Below, in pieces: positions 38,366-54,747 of a stretch of 64,000 nt of DNA (position 1 is its first letter; the number at the start of each line of letters is the position of its first letter). The stretch comes from Eledone cirrhosa (Eukaryota). The stretch covers positions 106,206,001 to 106,270,000 of the forward strand of contig OZ024744.1 of NCBI GenBank assembly GCA_964016885.1, given 5' to 3'. The position numbers were made by a program, and so were the translations under genes. Below the pieces are notes generated by a model that saw only the letters and a list, made by a program, of their open reading frames with translations, was not told the origin of the DNA and ran no database searches.

Positions 38366-38757
38366 CTGAAAAAGGAACAATATACAAGGAGTTGGTATTG
38401 TAGTAAATTCCATACACTGTACAAGTAAACAAGAGGTGTAGTGCGATTTCAGGTAGGCAAACAGAGAATGTAGACTTTGTGTGTGGCAGATGCACAGGGG
38501 CAGAGAACATGGGTTTCTCCTTGTCTCGCAGTGAAGATGAGGATGAACTTCAAAACATTTAAAAAAAAAAAAAAAGAGACACTGAAATAATTTCAAATAA
38601 ACATCCACTCCCACCCCAGAAATTACAATAAACAAACCCACACCAATTACTGACACATCCACAATAACACAGACAACCACCACCAACTACAACAAAAACA
38701 ATACTACCACAACTACAACAACACTGTTGTCATTTGTGTTATTTATGCATTCCTTTA

Positions 38758-38943
38758 GGGCGGTGAATTAGCAGTATCAGTAGAGGGTTGGACGCCATGA
38801 TTTACAGCATAGTTACGTCCCTTTACGGTCTGAGTTCAAATCCCGTCGAGGTTAACTTTGCCTTTCATCCTTACGAGGTCGATAAAATAAAGTACCAGTA
38901 ATCCACTGGGTTATTGCTGGCCTTGTGCCTAAAGAAGAAACAA
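38758..38943 (+). mobile_element. tRNA-derived SINE (Meta-like core) with TSD atttatgcattccttt
   Basis: A and B boxes, core, 16-bp direct repeat. Confidence 0.85.
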
Positions 38944-39314
38944 TTTATGCATTCCTTTGAAAATATTTCCAAGAAATTTTTATTTGAACTTTTTAATATC
39001 CCCCCCCCCACACGCACGCACACACATACACATTTTTCTCTGACTTTCAATCTTCTGATTTGATTTTATTGCTCTCGCTCTCCCTTTTCCTCACTCCCCG
39101 CCTCTTTTTCTCCATGAATCCCGAAACAAAGTTCCCTTATTCGATCTTTTGCTTTCAAAGTACTCCTAGCATGTGAGTGGCCGGAAGTAAAGAAAGATTT
39201 AGGTAACTTGTTGAAACTTATAATGGAAACTCATTACGTAATGAAGTTGTGCAACAAAAACTATACTCTAAATGACACTCAAAGCATTTTAAGCATCAAA
39301 ATATTAAATCTTCA

Positions 39315-39766
39315 TAAGACCTGGGATGAGGTGATAAAGGCCGACCTTACCCAATTGCACCTCTCAAAGGCAATGACACACGACCATGACCTCTGGCGTC
39401 ACGCAGTAATACAGAAGACCCCCCCCACACACACACACACAGGAACAAGCCGAAGCTGAAGCATATTGACAATATGCCCCCCCCCCCCCCCCTGCAAAGT
39501 GGTCGTGGAGGTGCCACGGCAAAAAAGCACCCAGCCCACACTGTAAAGTGGACATGTAGGCGCGATGGAAAAAAAGCACCCAGCACTCACTGTAAATGAG
39601 GTTGGTGTTAGGAAGGGCATCCAGCTGTAGAAATCAAGCCAGAACCAGTTCCCGTATGAGCAAGGCATGGTCAGCCGACCAGACACTGCCCACAACAGGA
39701 CAACCTGTCTAACCCATGCTAGCGTGGAAGAACGGACGTAAAACGGCGATGATGATGATGATGATG
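39315..39766 (+). mobile_element. 5'-truncated RTE 3' end
   Basis: KTWDEVIKADL; shared 3' UTR; (GAT)n tail. Confidence 0.88.
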
Positions 39767-39914
39767 ACTCATGAAAATTTTAGAACTACACTATTTAAAC
39801 ATGTGTTCATTAGCTGCCTCAGCTTATAAACAGGGGTTTGGAATTTGGCTCATTTCTCAGATATAAAGTAGGAGGTCACCTTATATTTGGATTGGCTTAT
39901 ATTCAAGTATATAT

Positions 39915-39968
<54 letters not shown>

Positions 39969-40013
39969 TTCATTTAACGTCCATCTTCCATGCTAGCATG
40001 GGTTATATATATA

Positions 40014-40906
40014 TATAAAATAATACAACTGGCTTTCCACAAAATACATAAAGTTAGCACCCCAAACACAAAATTGGGATTATACTAACGTATATCCTAA
40101 TGTTTGTTGAGTGAGATGGTTACCAGTCAGAGTTTAGCTTAAAGCTTTCTCTGTTATTGTATTAAATATTTTACTCTTGATTTGGCCAGAGATTTATATT
40201 TCCAGATACCTTTTAAACGTAACTTTCCGTATTTATTACTGTTATGAGATATTGTTTGTTATTTAGGTATCACTTCTCTGTTTTTAGCCTAAGAAAATAT
40301 CTATATACGTGTGTAATTAATACATGCATACATTTATTTTTTTAAAATTAATTGAGTTCTTAACACGCAGGATTGATAATGTTTTTGAAAAAACTAATTA
40401 ACCCACGTGTATATTATTTTACTTTTCTTGTGACTCGCGATTGCCTCCCTTTTCCGCTTCGTGACGCTATGATATTTCCTCAGTCTAAAGACTGCTGGAA
40501 TTTCAAATTTGGCGGTCATTTGATGCGTGAAGGGATGACTTAGCGGACACGAAAAATAACTGCGGTAAGAAATTTTTTCTTATATCAAAGTTTAATGGGC
40601 ATCCACTGATGATTTATAAGTGCCCACCTACATATATTCTTACAGAAAAATATGTTAGGCTTCTACATAAACTGGAAACATTCTCCCAACTTGTAGAAAA
40701 CTTATAATGAAACAATTGTTTGGAAAGAGAGATATATTTTAATTTTAATTATATCTCATATAAAATAATACAACTGGCTTTCCACAAAATACATATAGTT
40801 AGCACCCCAAACACAAAATTGGGATCATACTAACGTATATCCTAATGTTTGTTGAGTGAGATGGTTACCAGTCAGAGTTTAGCTTAAATCTTTCTCTGTT
40901 ATTGTA

Positions 40907-40910
<4 letters not shown>
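40014..40910 (+). mobile_element. Family I element with about 150-bp direct terminal repeats (pLTR-like) between TA tracts
   Basis: 40014-40165 repeated at 40758-40910. Confidence 0.8.
40602..40724 (+). ncRNA. Type-I hammerhead-like motif, family I, with a 96-nt stem II domain
   Basis: TCCA-CTGATGA-TTTATAAGT...ACTTATAAT-GAAA-CAATTG-TT^TGGA. Confidence 0.65.
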
Positions 40911-40969
<59 letters not shown>

Positions 40970-41256
40970 TGTAATAAACAACATAAGGCAATTATTTCAT
41001 TTACCAGTGGTTTCTTAAAAGCAAACAAATTTTGCTTTGAATCATCAGAATGAAAAAATCCTGGTGTATTTATTGACATTGGATTTTAAAAACAAACATA
41101 TAATCTATATGAAAGAGAGGCTGGAAAAGGAAGAAGGGAAGGAAAAATAAACACACATACACACACACACAATTATATACACACACATATATACATATGT
41201 TTTTATATGTCTCTTGTTTTGAAAAGGAGGTCAAGTATGTAAAAATCACTAAATAG

Positions 41257-41305
41257 TTGCTCCGAAGAATCCAAACCTCGGTTTGGAGGAAACAATTGTA
41301 AGCAA
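41257..41305 (+). ncRNA. Type-I hammerhead motif, family J (CCGAAGA core variant)
   Basis: TTGCT-CCGAAGA-ATCCAAACC TC GGTTTGGAG-GAAA-CAATTG-TA^AGCAA. Confidence 0.72.
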
Positions 41306-42335
41306 ATAAATGATTTAAACTGAACTTTGATTCATGTAATCTCTATATAACTGCTCTGTAAAACAACTGATGTTATTACATTGAGCTATTTATCTTACTG
41401 GTAATAAGATAGTAATGAATTACTGTCTTCCACTATTTAGGGTTTAAAATATATATAACTATATAAGGTTTTATTATATACATAACCATAAATAGTATCC
41501 TTAATACATACACATATATATACAGACACACACATATATATGTATATAAATATATACATACACATACATATACACATACATACACACATATATCAACATA
41601 TCCATACATACACACACACAAATACACAAACACGCACACACACATGCATATATATATATATATACATACATACACACACTCATACATATATACACACGTA
41701 GATACACACACATACATACACACATATATACACGCATACATACGCATGCACAAATATAGATATATGTACACACACCTACATACGCACACACACAAATAAT
41801 TATAAGGAAAAATATAATAATAAAAATACCGTCACATAAGAATAAAAATTGTAAGAATTATTATAAAGTTGACAGCGATACATGCAACAGATAAATGTAC
41901 AAACACACGTGGTAAGCAATACACACAATTGCACATACACATACATACATAATAAATACATACACACACACATACACATACACATACATATACACATACA
42001 TACACATACACATATACATACACACATATATACATATATACATATATACATATATATATATACACATATATATATATACACATACATATACACAAACACA
42101 TACATACAAATACATACATACACATATGTATGTGTGTAAAACTCATTCTTAGATGTATTCATATGAACCTTGTTTAACTCTTAAATATATATATATATAT
42201 ATATGCAAAAGTTTTATTTAAGATTGTTGGGTTACAACGAGTAAATATTTTATAACTGATATAAAAGCACTCGACAGTTTCTGGAGTAGGTTTACGATAT
42301 TAAACAAATGGAAACTATATTTATAAAACCATATT

Positions 42336-42401
42336 TATTTCGTTATATATATTTCTGGGATATCATATTAAAAATATATTATGCCTTCCTCAGACAAAAT
42401 A
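42336..42401 (-). ncRNA. Type-I hammerhead ribozyme, family B
   Basis: TATTTTGT-CTGAGGA-stem II-GAAA-TATATA-TA^ACGAAATA. Confidence 0.75.
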
Positions 42402-43386
42402 CAATACATAAGCTGTTTTATAAATAATTAGTGACATACCTTTTGAGAATGCAACTTCCTTTTAAAAAAGTTGATTTGGTAGTGAAACTGTTATGATAGT
42501 TATATAGAAAGAAAACGAAGATGAGAAGAAGAAGGTGAAGAGATGTATGTAAATAAAAAAGAAGAAGATGAAGAGATGTATGCAAAGAGAAAAGAGATGT
42601 ATGTAAAGAAAAACAACGGAGCGAGATAGAGAGACAAGGATAGAGAGAAATACATTGATGGTGAAAAAACAAAACAAAAAAAACATAGTAGGCTGCATTT
42701 TGACAGATGATCATCGTATATGTGAGAGGTTAAGGGAAGGGATACAGTTAGATTAGTGTATAGGAGAAAAAGAAAGAAAGATGATATATTTAAAATATAT
42801 TAAAAATATATTATGTCTCATCCATTTGAATTATCAATTTTTATGAATTAGGCACTATAATGTAAATACCAGTATTCATGAATGAGACACATATCTATAA
42901 TGTGTAAAAAAAAAAAAATAAAATGTTGGTCCTGTTTGCTTTGACTCTGATTCTATGACCGATATGCGTGGCATACTATGTTCTCTTGCGTCCCTAGATA
43001 CTCTGTGGAGTGACGAAGATATTCTTGGCGTTTTTAATTTTAATATTGATCTCTATGCTTGATCGATGATTGTTTTAGATGTTAATGTATATCTTATATG
43101 TTTTGTGTCTATATATATGTATATATGTATGTAAATGTATGTAGGGTGGAATCTCTTCTAACGCATTGAAGTTTTTCTTTTCTGACACATTGAAGTTTTT
43201 CATGAAATATAAGAATCAGTGCAGCGTATCACCTAGGGTCACATGTGCGTCTTTATTTATCAACTTGAATTTGAGATAACCTTCTCTTTTCTCATTTTTC
43301 ACGAGAATGCATATATACTTATGTTTGAAGTTTTGTCTCAGATTTTGCTTATAGACCTAAGAATTTTTAAACTGAGCATGTGGTCA

Positions 43387-43419
<33 letters not shown>

Positions 43420-43913
43420 ATAGATATGTGTCTCATTCATGAATACTGGTATTTACATTATAGTGCCTAATTCATAAAAATTGATAATTCAAATGGATGA
43501 GACATAATATATTTTTAATATATTTTAAATATATCATCTTTCTTTCTTTTTCTCCTATACACTAATCTAACTGTATCCCTTCCCTTAACCTCTCACATAT
43601 ACGATGATCATCTGTCAAAATGCAGCCTACTATGTTTTTTTTTTTTTTTTTCACCATCAATGTATTTCTCTCTATCCTTGTCTCTCTATCTCGCTCCGTT
43701 GTTTTTCTTTACATACATCTCTTTTCTCTTTGCATACATCTCTTCATCTTCTTCTTTTTTATTTACATACATCTCTTCACCTTCTTCTTCTCATCTTCGT
43801 TTTCTTTCTATATAACTATCATAAAAGTTTCACTACCAAATCAACTTTTTTAAAAGGAAGTTGCATTCTCAAAAGGTATGTCACTAATTATTTATAAAAC
43901 AGCTTATGTATTG

Positions 43914-43979
43914 TATTTTGTCTGAGGAAGGCATAACTTATTTTTAATATGATATCCCAGAAATATATATAACGAAATA
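43914..43979 (+). ncRNA. Type-I hammerhead ribozyme, family B
   Basis: TATTTTGT-CTGAGGA-stem II-GAAA-TATATA-TA^ACGAAATA. Confidence 0.75.
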
Positions 43980-44299
43980 AATATGGTTTTATAAATATAG
44001 TTTCCATTTGTTTAATATCGTATACATACATATATATATATATACATACACACACATATATATACACACACACATACATACACACACACACACATATATA
44101 TATAAGAAAATACATAAATATTATATATATATAAAAATAAAAAGTTGGGAATACGACAAATAATAAATAAATAAATAATTAGAAAAGGGTATAAATGTTT
44201 ATAGCTGATTTAGAACAATCAACAATTCCTGGAGAAAATGATCAATGAAAATAAGCATTAAATCACTGTATATAATTATGCATATACATACACACATAC

Positions 44300-44412
<113 letters not shown>

Positions 44413-44714
44413 ACTATACAAATACACACACATATACATACACATACATACATATACGTATATGTATACACATATAGGAAAAAGTATGACCCCACGGCAG
44501 AGCTCAAGCCGTTTCTGAGGCTATTATATATATATACACACAAAAACAAATATATAAAAATACACACACACACAAATAAACACACGCACACACACACACA
44601 TTATATATATATTTATATATACACACAAATACAATAAAATACAATTATATACATACATACATACATACATACATATACATACAGGTATATAAACATACAT
44701 ACACACATACATAT

Positions 44715-44813
<99 letters not shown>

Positions 44814-45136
44814 CATATATACACATATGAGCAACACACACACAGAAATAAATATCTAAAAATAAAAAAGGTGGGTATGTGAAGGTTAAGGTAGAAAGTA
44901 GGGGGTAAAATAAGGAAAATAAATGACATAGGAAAAGGTTTAAATATAAGGGGAATTCACTTTCTGTACTCTTATATGCTTTTTCTCCCTTATTTTTAAA
45001 CCTTATATTTAAACCTTTTCCTATGTCATTTACTTTCCTTATTTTCCCCCCTACTTTCTACCTTACCCTTCACATACCCACCTTTTTTATTTTTAGATAT
45101 TTATTTCTGTGTGTGTGTGTGTTGCTCATATGTGTA

Positions 45137-45222
<86 letters not shown>

Positions 45223-45225
<3 letters not shown>

Positions 45226-45349
45226 CGAAGGAAATGTGGTAAGGAACCAGGTGGACCATAACGCACCAAAGTACTCAATACTTAGGGTAGTAGAGTCCAG
45301 AATTAGCCGTCGAAACGGCTTGAGCTCAGCCGTCGGGGTCTTACTTGTT

Positions 45350-45388
<39 letters not shown>

Positions 45389-45527
45389 GAGTAGGACCCC
45401 GACGGCTAATTCTGGACTAATTTAGTCCAGAATTAGCCGTCAAAACGGCTTGAGCTCAGCCGTCGGGGTCCTACTTGTTTCTATTACCCACTCTACTACC
45501 CTAAGTATTGAGCACTTTGGTGCGTTA
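45223..45527. mobile_element. Two family D foldback remnants (a third at 46158-46340)
   Basis: gtccagaattagccgtc(g/a)aaacggcttgagctcagccgtcggggtc with tail. Confidence 0.72.
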
Positions 45528-45627
45528 TATATATATATGTATAGATATGTATATGTGTATGTATGTTTATAAATCTGTATGTATATGTATGTGTATATAA
45601 TTGTATTTTATATGCTTCTGTTGTATT

Positions 45628-45693
<66 letters not shown>

Positions 45694-45696
<3 letters not shown>

Positions 45697-46136
45697 GATA
45701 TTAAACAAATGGAAACTATATTTATAAAACCATATTTATTTCATTATACATATTTCGGGGATACCATATTAAAAATATGGCATGCCTTCTTCAGATAAAA
45801 TACAATATATAAACAGTTTTATAAATAATTTTGACGTACCATAAATATTGAGCAACCGTTATGTAGGAAGCTTCCTTCATAACGGTTGCTCAATATTTAT
45901 GGTACGTCAAAATTATTTATAAAACTGTTTATATATTGTATTTTATCTGAAGAAGGCATGCCATATTTTTAATATGGTATCCTCGAAATATGTATAATGA
46001 AATAAATATGGTTTTATAAATATAGTTTCCATTTGTTTAATATCGTATATCTACCCCAAAACTTGTCGAGTGCTTTATATCAGTTATAAAATATTTACTT
46101 GTTGTAACCCAACAATTTTAAATAAAACTTTTGCAT
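45694..46136. mobile_element. Family B foldback; hammerheads at 45737-45802 (-) and 45939-46004 (+)
   Basis: About 170-bp arms; TATTTTAT-CTGAAGA..GAAA-TATGTA-TA^ATGAAATA; tail on right arm. Confidence 0.88.
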
Positions 46137-46352
46137 ATATATATATATATATATATATAACGAAGGAAATGTGGTAAGGAACCAGATGGACCATAACGCA
46201 CCAAAGTACTCAATACTTAGGGTAGTAAAGTGGGTAATAGAAGCAAGTAGGACCCCGACGGCTGAGCTCAAGCCGTTTTGACGGCTAATACTGGACTAAA
46301 TTAGTCCAGAATTATCCGTTGGGGTCCTACTCGTTCCTATATATATATATAT

Positions 46353-48530
<2,178 letters not shown>

Positions 48531-48534
<4 letters not shown>

Positions 48535-48838
48535 TATACACTGAGGATGAAAAACTCAGAGCTGTATGGGAGCATCCCAAAAGTCAGCTCAAAAGTGACA
48601 CAGAGGAGACTGAGGTTGGCTGGACATGCTCACCGACATCCAGAGTTGACATTGCACTCAGTGCTCCTTTGGGAGCCCCTACATGGACACACTAGAAGAG
48701 GAAGACCAAGGTTAACATATGTTGATGCCCTAAGGACAGACACTGGTCTGTTGGAGATGCAGGATATGGCAGCGATAATGAGGGGCAGAGACCGCTGGAG
48801 AGAACTCGTCCATAGATCTCGGGAATTTTACTCGCCTT

Positions 48839-48840
<2 letters not shown>
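48531..48840 (+). mobile_element. 3' fragment of another RTE-like LINE inside (TA)n
   Basis: RRLRLAGHAHRH..LLWEP.HG..RRGRPRLTY..RDRWR. Confidence 0.8.
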
Positions 48841-48881
<41 letters not shown>

Positions 48882-49064
48882 GTGTGAGTGTGTGCGTGTG
48901 TTTATTTGTGTGTGTGTATTTTTATATATTTGTTTTTGCGTGTATATATATAATAGCCTCAGAAACGGCTTGAGCTCTGCCGTGGGGTCATACTTTTTCC
49001 TATATGTGTATATATATACGTATATGTATGTATGTGTATGTATATGTGTGTGTATTTGTATGGT

Positions 49065-49101
<37 letters not shown>

Positions 49102-49145
49102 GTATATGTATGTGTGTATGTATATATATATATATATGTATGTAT

Positions 49146-49433
49146 ATAATATAAGATCAAAAGATGGTTAAAAGAGTTCCGTGTATTTTATTATGCGCAT
49201 TTCAAAAATAAATATCATCATGCGATGACATTTGCGTTTTCGTCAGATAAAATAGGGAGACATGATATGAAAGTTAAAAAACACTTGTGAATAGTGCAGT
49301 TTTAAATCAACATATCTCTTTTAACCATCTTTTGATCTTATATTATTTATACTCCAGTCCTACAAACTGTAGAGTGCTACTTATCCGATATCTGCATTGC
49401 TTTATTGTACTACAATAAAACTCACCTCCTACA
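49146..49433. mobile_element. Family A asymmetric foldback; hammerhead at 49184-49254 (-); right arm keeps only the tail
   Basis: TATTTTAT-CTGACGA-AAACGCAAATGTCATC GCAT GATGATATTTATTTTT-GAAA-TGCGCA-TA^ATAAAATA on the minus strand. Confidence 0.82.
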
Positions 49434-49443
49434 TATATGTATG

Positions 49444-49474
<31 letters not shown>

Positions 49475-49481
<7 letters not shown>

Positions 49482-49537
49482 TTGCCCCCTCGTTATCGAG
49501 TATGGCCATTGCACGAGGAGAAATAAAAAAAAAAAAA

Positions 49538-49568
<31 letters not shown>

Positions 49569-49612
49569 AAAAAAAAAAAGAAATATATATATATATATAT
49601 ATACATATACAT

Positions 49613-49644
<32 letters not shown>

Positions 49645-49781
49645 TCCCACACACATATACACACACACATACATTAATAACAATAATAATAATAATAATC
49701 ATAACAACAATAATAATAACGACAACAACAATAATAATATACATATACATATATTATACACACACACGCACACACATAAGC

Positions 49782-49819
<38 letters not shown>

Positions 49820-51082
49820 TAGCAACTAACAGCGCTGCGATCGAATGTGGCTTTTTAGCCCAGCCAATGATCTAAAATGTCTTGCACAGAGTCGGCAACC
49901 AAAACATTTACTGGGAATAGTCGGCTGTGGTTGGAGTTCGTGTACTTTTGCATGTCGCTTGAGCCCTCCTGCTGATTTACATTCTCTACCACATGTTTGG
50001 CAAGCATGATGAGTAGCATCTCCAACAGCAGCCTGGTAGTCAACCACTGGTCTTACTTTATGACTGCGAAGATGACTTTCGAGTCCAGCTTTGCTTAGGC
50101 AGAGTCTCGCACAGACGCTGCATGTCAGCACCATAGGAGGACCCTCGCCGTCTGGAAGTGCAACAGCAATGCCCTTCCTCACATCCCGCTTTACTTTCTC
50201 GTATGCGATTCGAGATGCCTCAAAGGCAACTTTTCCCTCATATACAGTCTTTCTCCATTTATTACGATCAGCAGCAATATTTTCCCATGTATCAGCAGAG
50301 ATGTTAGCGTCTTTCAGAGAGGCTTTCAAGGAATCCTTATACCTCTTTTTTGGTTTATGTGGCGGTCGTTTTCCTTTAACCAACTCTCCATAAAAGAGTT
50401 GTTTTGGTATTCTAGAATCCTTCATCCTGGCAAGGTGACCACTTCAACGGAGTCATTGCTTAATACTGTCACACAGAGAGCTTTCCAAAATCTCGACATC
50501 ACTGATGTGGTCCTCCAGTGAACGCCATGGATCCGTCTGAGACACATCTGATGGAAATGCTCCAATTGCTTAAGGTGGTGTCGATATATGACCCAGGTCT
50601 CGCAGGCATAAAGAAGACAAGAGAGCACACATGCCCTGTACACCTTTACCTTTGTCCTCCTGCATATGTCTCGCCGACCCCAGAGTCGCCTTTCTAGCTT
50701 TCCGAAAGCATCACTTGCTTTCCTAATCCTAAGTGAGATTTCACTGTCAAGGTTGCTGTATCGATCGACAGTGCTTCCCAGGTAGACAAACTGATCAACC
50801 ACTCCAAGTCGTTTGCCATACACATAGATGTTTGGTTCAGTGTACTGCTTACCAGGGGCAGGTTGGTACATGACGACGGTTTTCTTGAGACTGACAGTCA
50901 ATCCTAGGGCAGTGCAAGCGTCAGAAAATGTATTCAAAATGTGCTGCATATCACTCTCTGTGTGCGCTACAAGATCGCAATCATCTGCATACAAGAGGTC
51001 TCTTATGATTGATGTAAATACTTTTGTCTTCGCAGCAAAGCGCCTGATGTTAAATATGCTGCCTGAGGTTCGATATCGGATG
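49475..51082 (-). mobile_element. 5'-truncated RTE/BovB-like LINE with three C-terminal C2H2 fingers
   Basis: [36 protein letters not shown]; frameshifted near 50.45 kb. Confidence 0.92.
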
Positions 51083-51685
51083 TAATTCTTTTATGTTTAC
51101 TGCCTCTGTAATTGACTTAGACAAATTACAGAGGCAGTAAACATAAAAGAATTACAACCAAAATTAAATAGAAAATATGAGTGGAACAGCAACATCACAA
51201 CTTACAATTAAGGACAAAATGAAAACACACACACACATAGAACAAACAACCAACCAACAACATGTAAATAAATAAACAAATAGATAAATGAACACAAACA
51301 CACACAGACACCCGGATGTGGCGCATGCGCAAACTGAGCACCAACGCACACACAGAAACAAAATGGCGTAGGACAGAAGAAAGGAAAGGCACAGAAACAA
51401 AGAAAGGAATCCCCAGTCACTGAAGAGGTCACAGAGTGTGTGACGAAAGGACTATGACTATATATAAACAACTATCTGGTTGTGGAACCAACCAACCAAC
51501 CAACCAGAAATTTATAAATTTGTAGATTTGTAAATTTATAAATTTATAAATATATAATAAATTGAAGTGAAAGCAACTGGTGCGTGTGTTTCTTATTGGC
51601 AACATGACCCTCCCAAAGTATAACAATATCGGTTTCAACACACGATTTCAGATAAAGAATCTTGCTAAACAAATTCAGAAACGAA
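51081..51685 (+). mobile_element. Family C element with a short 5' foldback (51081-51156); hammerhead-like motif at 51415-51459
   Basis: AGTCA-CTGAAGA-G-GTCACA..TGTGAC-GAAA-GGAC-TA^TGACT; ends at (TA)n. Confidence 0.78.
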
Positions 51686-51698
51686 ATATATATATATA

Positions 51699-52124
51699 TG
51701 CAAAAGTTTTATTTAAAATGTTGGGTTACAACGAGTAAATATTTTATAACTGATATAAAAGCACTCAACAGATTTTGGAGTATTTTACGATATTAAACAA
51801 ATGGAAATTACATTTATAAAACCATATTTATTTCATTATATATATTTCAGGGATATCATATTAAAAATATGGTATGCCCTCTTCAGATAAAATACAATAT
51901 ATAGACAGCTTTATAAATAAATTTGACATACCTTAGAGTTCACAACTTCCATTTAAAAAGTTGATGGAAGTTGTGAACTCTAAGGTATGTCAAATTTATT
52001 TATAAAGCTGTCTATATATTGTATTTTATCTGAAGAGGGCATACCATATTTTTAATATATCCCTGAAATATATATAATGAAATAAATATGGTTTTATAAA
52101 TGTAATTTCCATTTGTTTAATATC

Positions 52125-52127
<3 letters not shown>
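51699..52127. mobile_element. Family B foldback; hammerheads at 51829-51894 (-) and 52022-52084 (+)
   Basis: About 165-bp arms; CTGAAGA core; tail on left arm. Confidence 0.88.
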
Positions 52128-52169
<42 letters not shown>

Positions 52170-52272
52170 AGAGTTAAACAAGGTTCATATGAATACATCT
52201 AAGAATGAGTTTTACACATACATATGTGTGTATATGTATTTGTATGTATGTGTTTGTGTATATGTTTGTGTA

Positions 52273-52309
<37 letters not shown>

Positions 52310-52763
52310 GTACATATATGTGTGTGTGTGTGTATGTATGTGTATATGTATATGTATGTATGTGTGTGTATGTATTTATTTTTACGTATTATGTGTATGT
52401 GCAATTGTGTGTATTGCTTACCACGTGTGTTTGTACATTTATTTGTTGCCTGTATCGCTGTCAACTTTATAATAATTTTTATATTCATTTTTATTTTTAT
52501 GTGACGGTATTTTTATTATATTTTTTTATTATAATTATTTGTGTGTGTGCGTATGTAGGTGTGTGTACATATTTCTATATTTGTGCATGCGTATGTATGC
52601 GTGTATATATGTGTGTATGTATGTGTGTGTATATACGTGTGTATATATGTATGATTGTGTGTATGTATATATATATATATATATATATGCATGTGTGTGT
52701 GAGTGCGTGTTTGTGTATTTGTGTGTATGTGTATGTATGGATATGTTGATATATGTGTGTATG

Positions 52764-52837
<74 letters not shown>

Positions 52838-53165
52838 TATGTGTGTGTGTGTATATATATGTGTATGTATATATGTGTGTGTATGTAATTGTGTGTGTGT
52901 GTGTGTGCCTGTGTTTTTATTTTTCCTTTCCTTCTTCCTTTTCCAGCCTCACTTTCATATAGATTATATTTTTGTTTTTAAAATCCAATGTCAATAAATA
53001 CACCAGGATTTTTTCATTCTGATGATTGAAAGCAAAATTTGTTTGCTTTTAAGAAACCACTGGTTAATGAAATAATTGCCTTTTGTTGTTTATTACATAA
53101 CTATTAAGCTCTGTAACCTACATAGAGCACTCTTTTTTCCTGGACCTTTCCGACGGAATTACTTC

Positions 53166-53241
<76 letters not shown>

Positions 53242-54029
53242 TTGCATTAGGTTAGCAGATAAGGATAGCACAGGGTGTCAACAATTACAAATTGCTGCCA
53301 ACACAGATTGCAGATTTATGATCTGTATGGTTGACCTAGAAAGGACATGTAGGTAGGGATCTGGTTACTGGAAGCTTAACGCATTGTTCCAACACATAAA
53401 ACCTACAGACCAGATTAACTCTTTAGCATTTAAACTGGCTGTATCTATAGAGTAATGTAAATACTAAAGTGTTAAGCAATAGTTGATAGGGACAATTGAT
53501 AATAACAGGTGGTGTTGTGCTCTCAGGAGAGTGATTAAGATAGAATCAATAGCTTTTAGTAAAGAAGTAGAAATAGAGCAGAGAGGGAGTTGGTAGCTAA
53601 ACTAGAAGAGATTATTAGGAGTGGCATTGCAACTAATGTACTAGCTGCAACAATAGCAATAGACTATTTCTTTAATGTGAAAGATGAAGGTACAAGGTCA
53701 GAGATAAAAGATGAAAGAACTAAAGCTGTTTGATGGGTCTGAGTGGAAGAGGTGGAGCATGAAAAGTCACACTTCAGTCATTGGTGGACTGAGTTGGGCA
53801 CATAGAGTTCTCAGCAGCTGATGTAGAGTGCTATTAAAAGCTGATAACAGCAGCTAATACTATTGTCAGAGGTAATGCATGTGCTCTGAGACATGAAGGA
53901 GCAAAAGCTGTTTGATGAGCCAGAGTGACCGAGGTGGAGCAAGGAATGAAAGTCACAATTCAGCCGTTGGTGGACTGAGTTGGGCACAAGCTGCTCAATT
54001 CCAAACAGATGTGTGTGGCTTTCCAGCAA

Positions 54030-54410
54030 CATTTTACATGACTGTTAAGGGCAAGCAGCTTTTGGCAGCTGATGCAGAATGTTTCAAAAAGCTGATAACA
54101 GCAGCCAAGATTCTGGAATCCTTAAAAGCCTCTACGAGGTGCAGATTGCTTGGTTTGGCTGGTCGGCCTTATAAGTTTTGTGTTGAAACTGTCTATTGCA
54201 ACTGGCATCAGAACAGGAAAATTCCCAGTTCCATAAGTTGGGGCATAGTAACGCTGATGAGGAAAGATGAGAAGAAGAGGGACACTTTAGAAAATTTCAA
54301 GCCCATAACTCTGCTCAACACAGAGTTTAGGATTTTGGCCAAGGTGCTAGCAATGAGGTTTGTACTTGTCATTGGGAGCCAGGTAGGGGAGGCACAGATG
54401 TGTGCAATTC
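54030..54410 (+). mobile_element. Degenerate L1/Tx1-like RT N-terminal fragment
   Basis: GIVTLMRK...NFKPITLLNTEFRILAKVLA.R. Confidence 0.7.
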
Positions 54411-54747
54411 CAACCAATTCCAACCAGGTCCATACACGAGAGGGTAGTGTGTAAACCTGACTTCGGTGGGGCTCTGATCAAGAAAGACACCTGCTCTTTC
54501 ACTTTTTGTAGAAGTGACAGATTCTACTGGTCTGGCAGTCCATCTGCTGCTACACCCTTTGTACTGAGGGCTGTGCATGCCATGGATGATAATGTACAAA
54601 CATGTACTGACGCTATGGTATTTACAGATATTCCTAAACGATGAATATGTGTGATTGCCATTTATAAGGCATGTCTTTCCACAGCTCATCTCTTCTAAAG
54701 GGGCTATGATAAACACAATTTGATAATAAAGGTTGATTGATCTACAT

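Larger units (their letters stand above)
42204..44022. mobile_element. Family B foldback with about 620-bp arms and about 460-bp spacer
   Basis: 42294-42920 is inverted at 43390-44022; tail on the left arm only. Confidence 0.9.

Noticed and set aside
53012-53052. CTGATGA-TT-GAAA-GCAAA..TTTGC as a minimal hammerhead
   Set aside because: No stem I, and the mirror copy at 41.03 kb reads CAAA; at best a decayed motif
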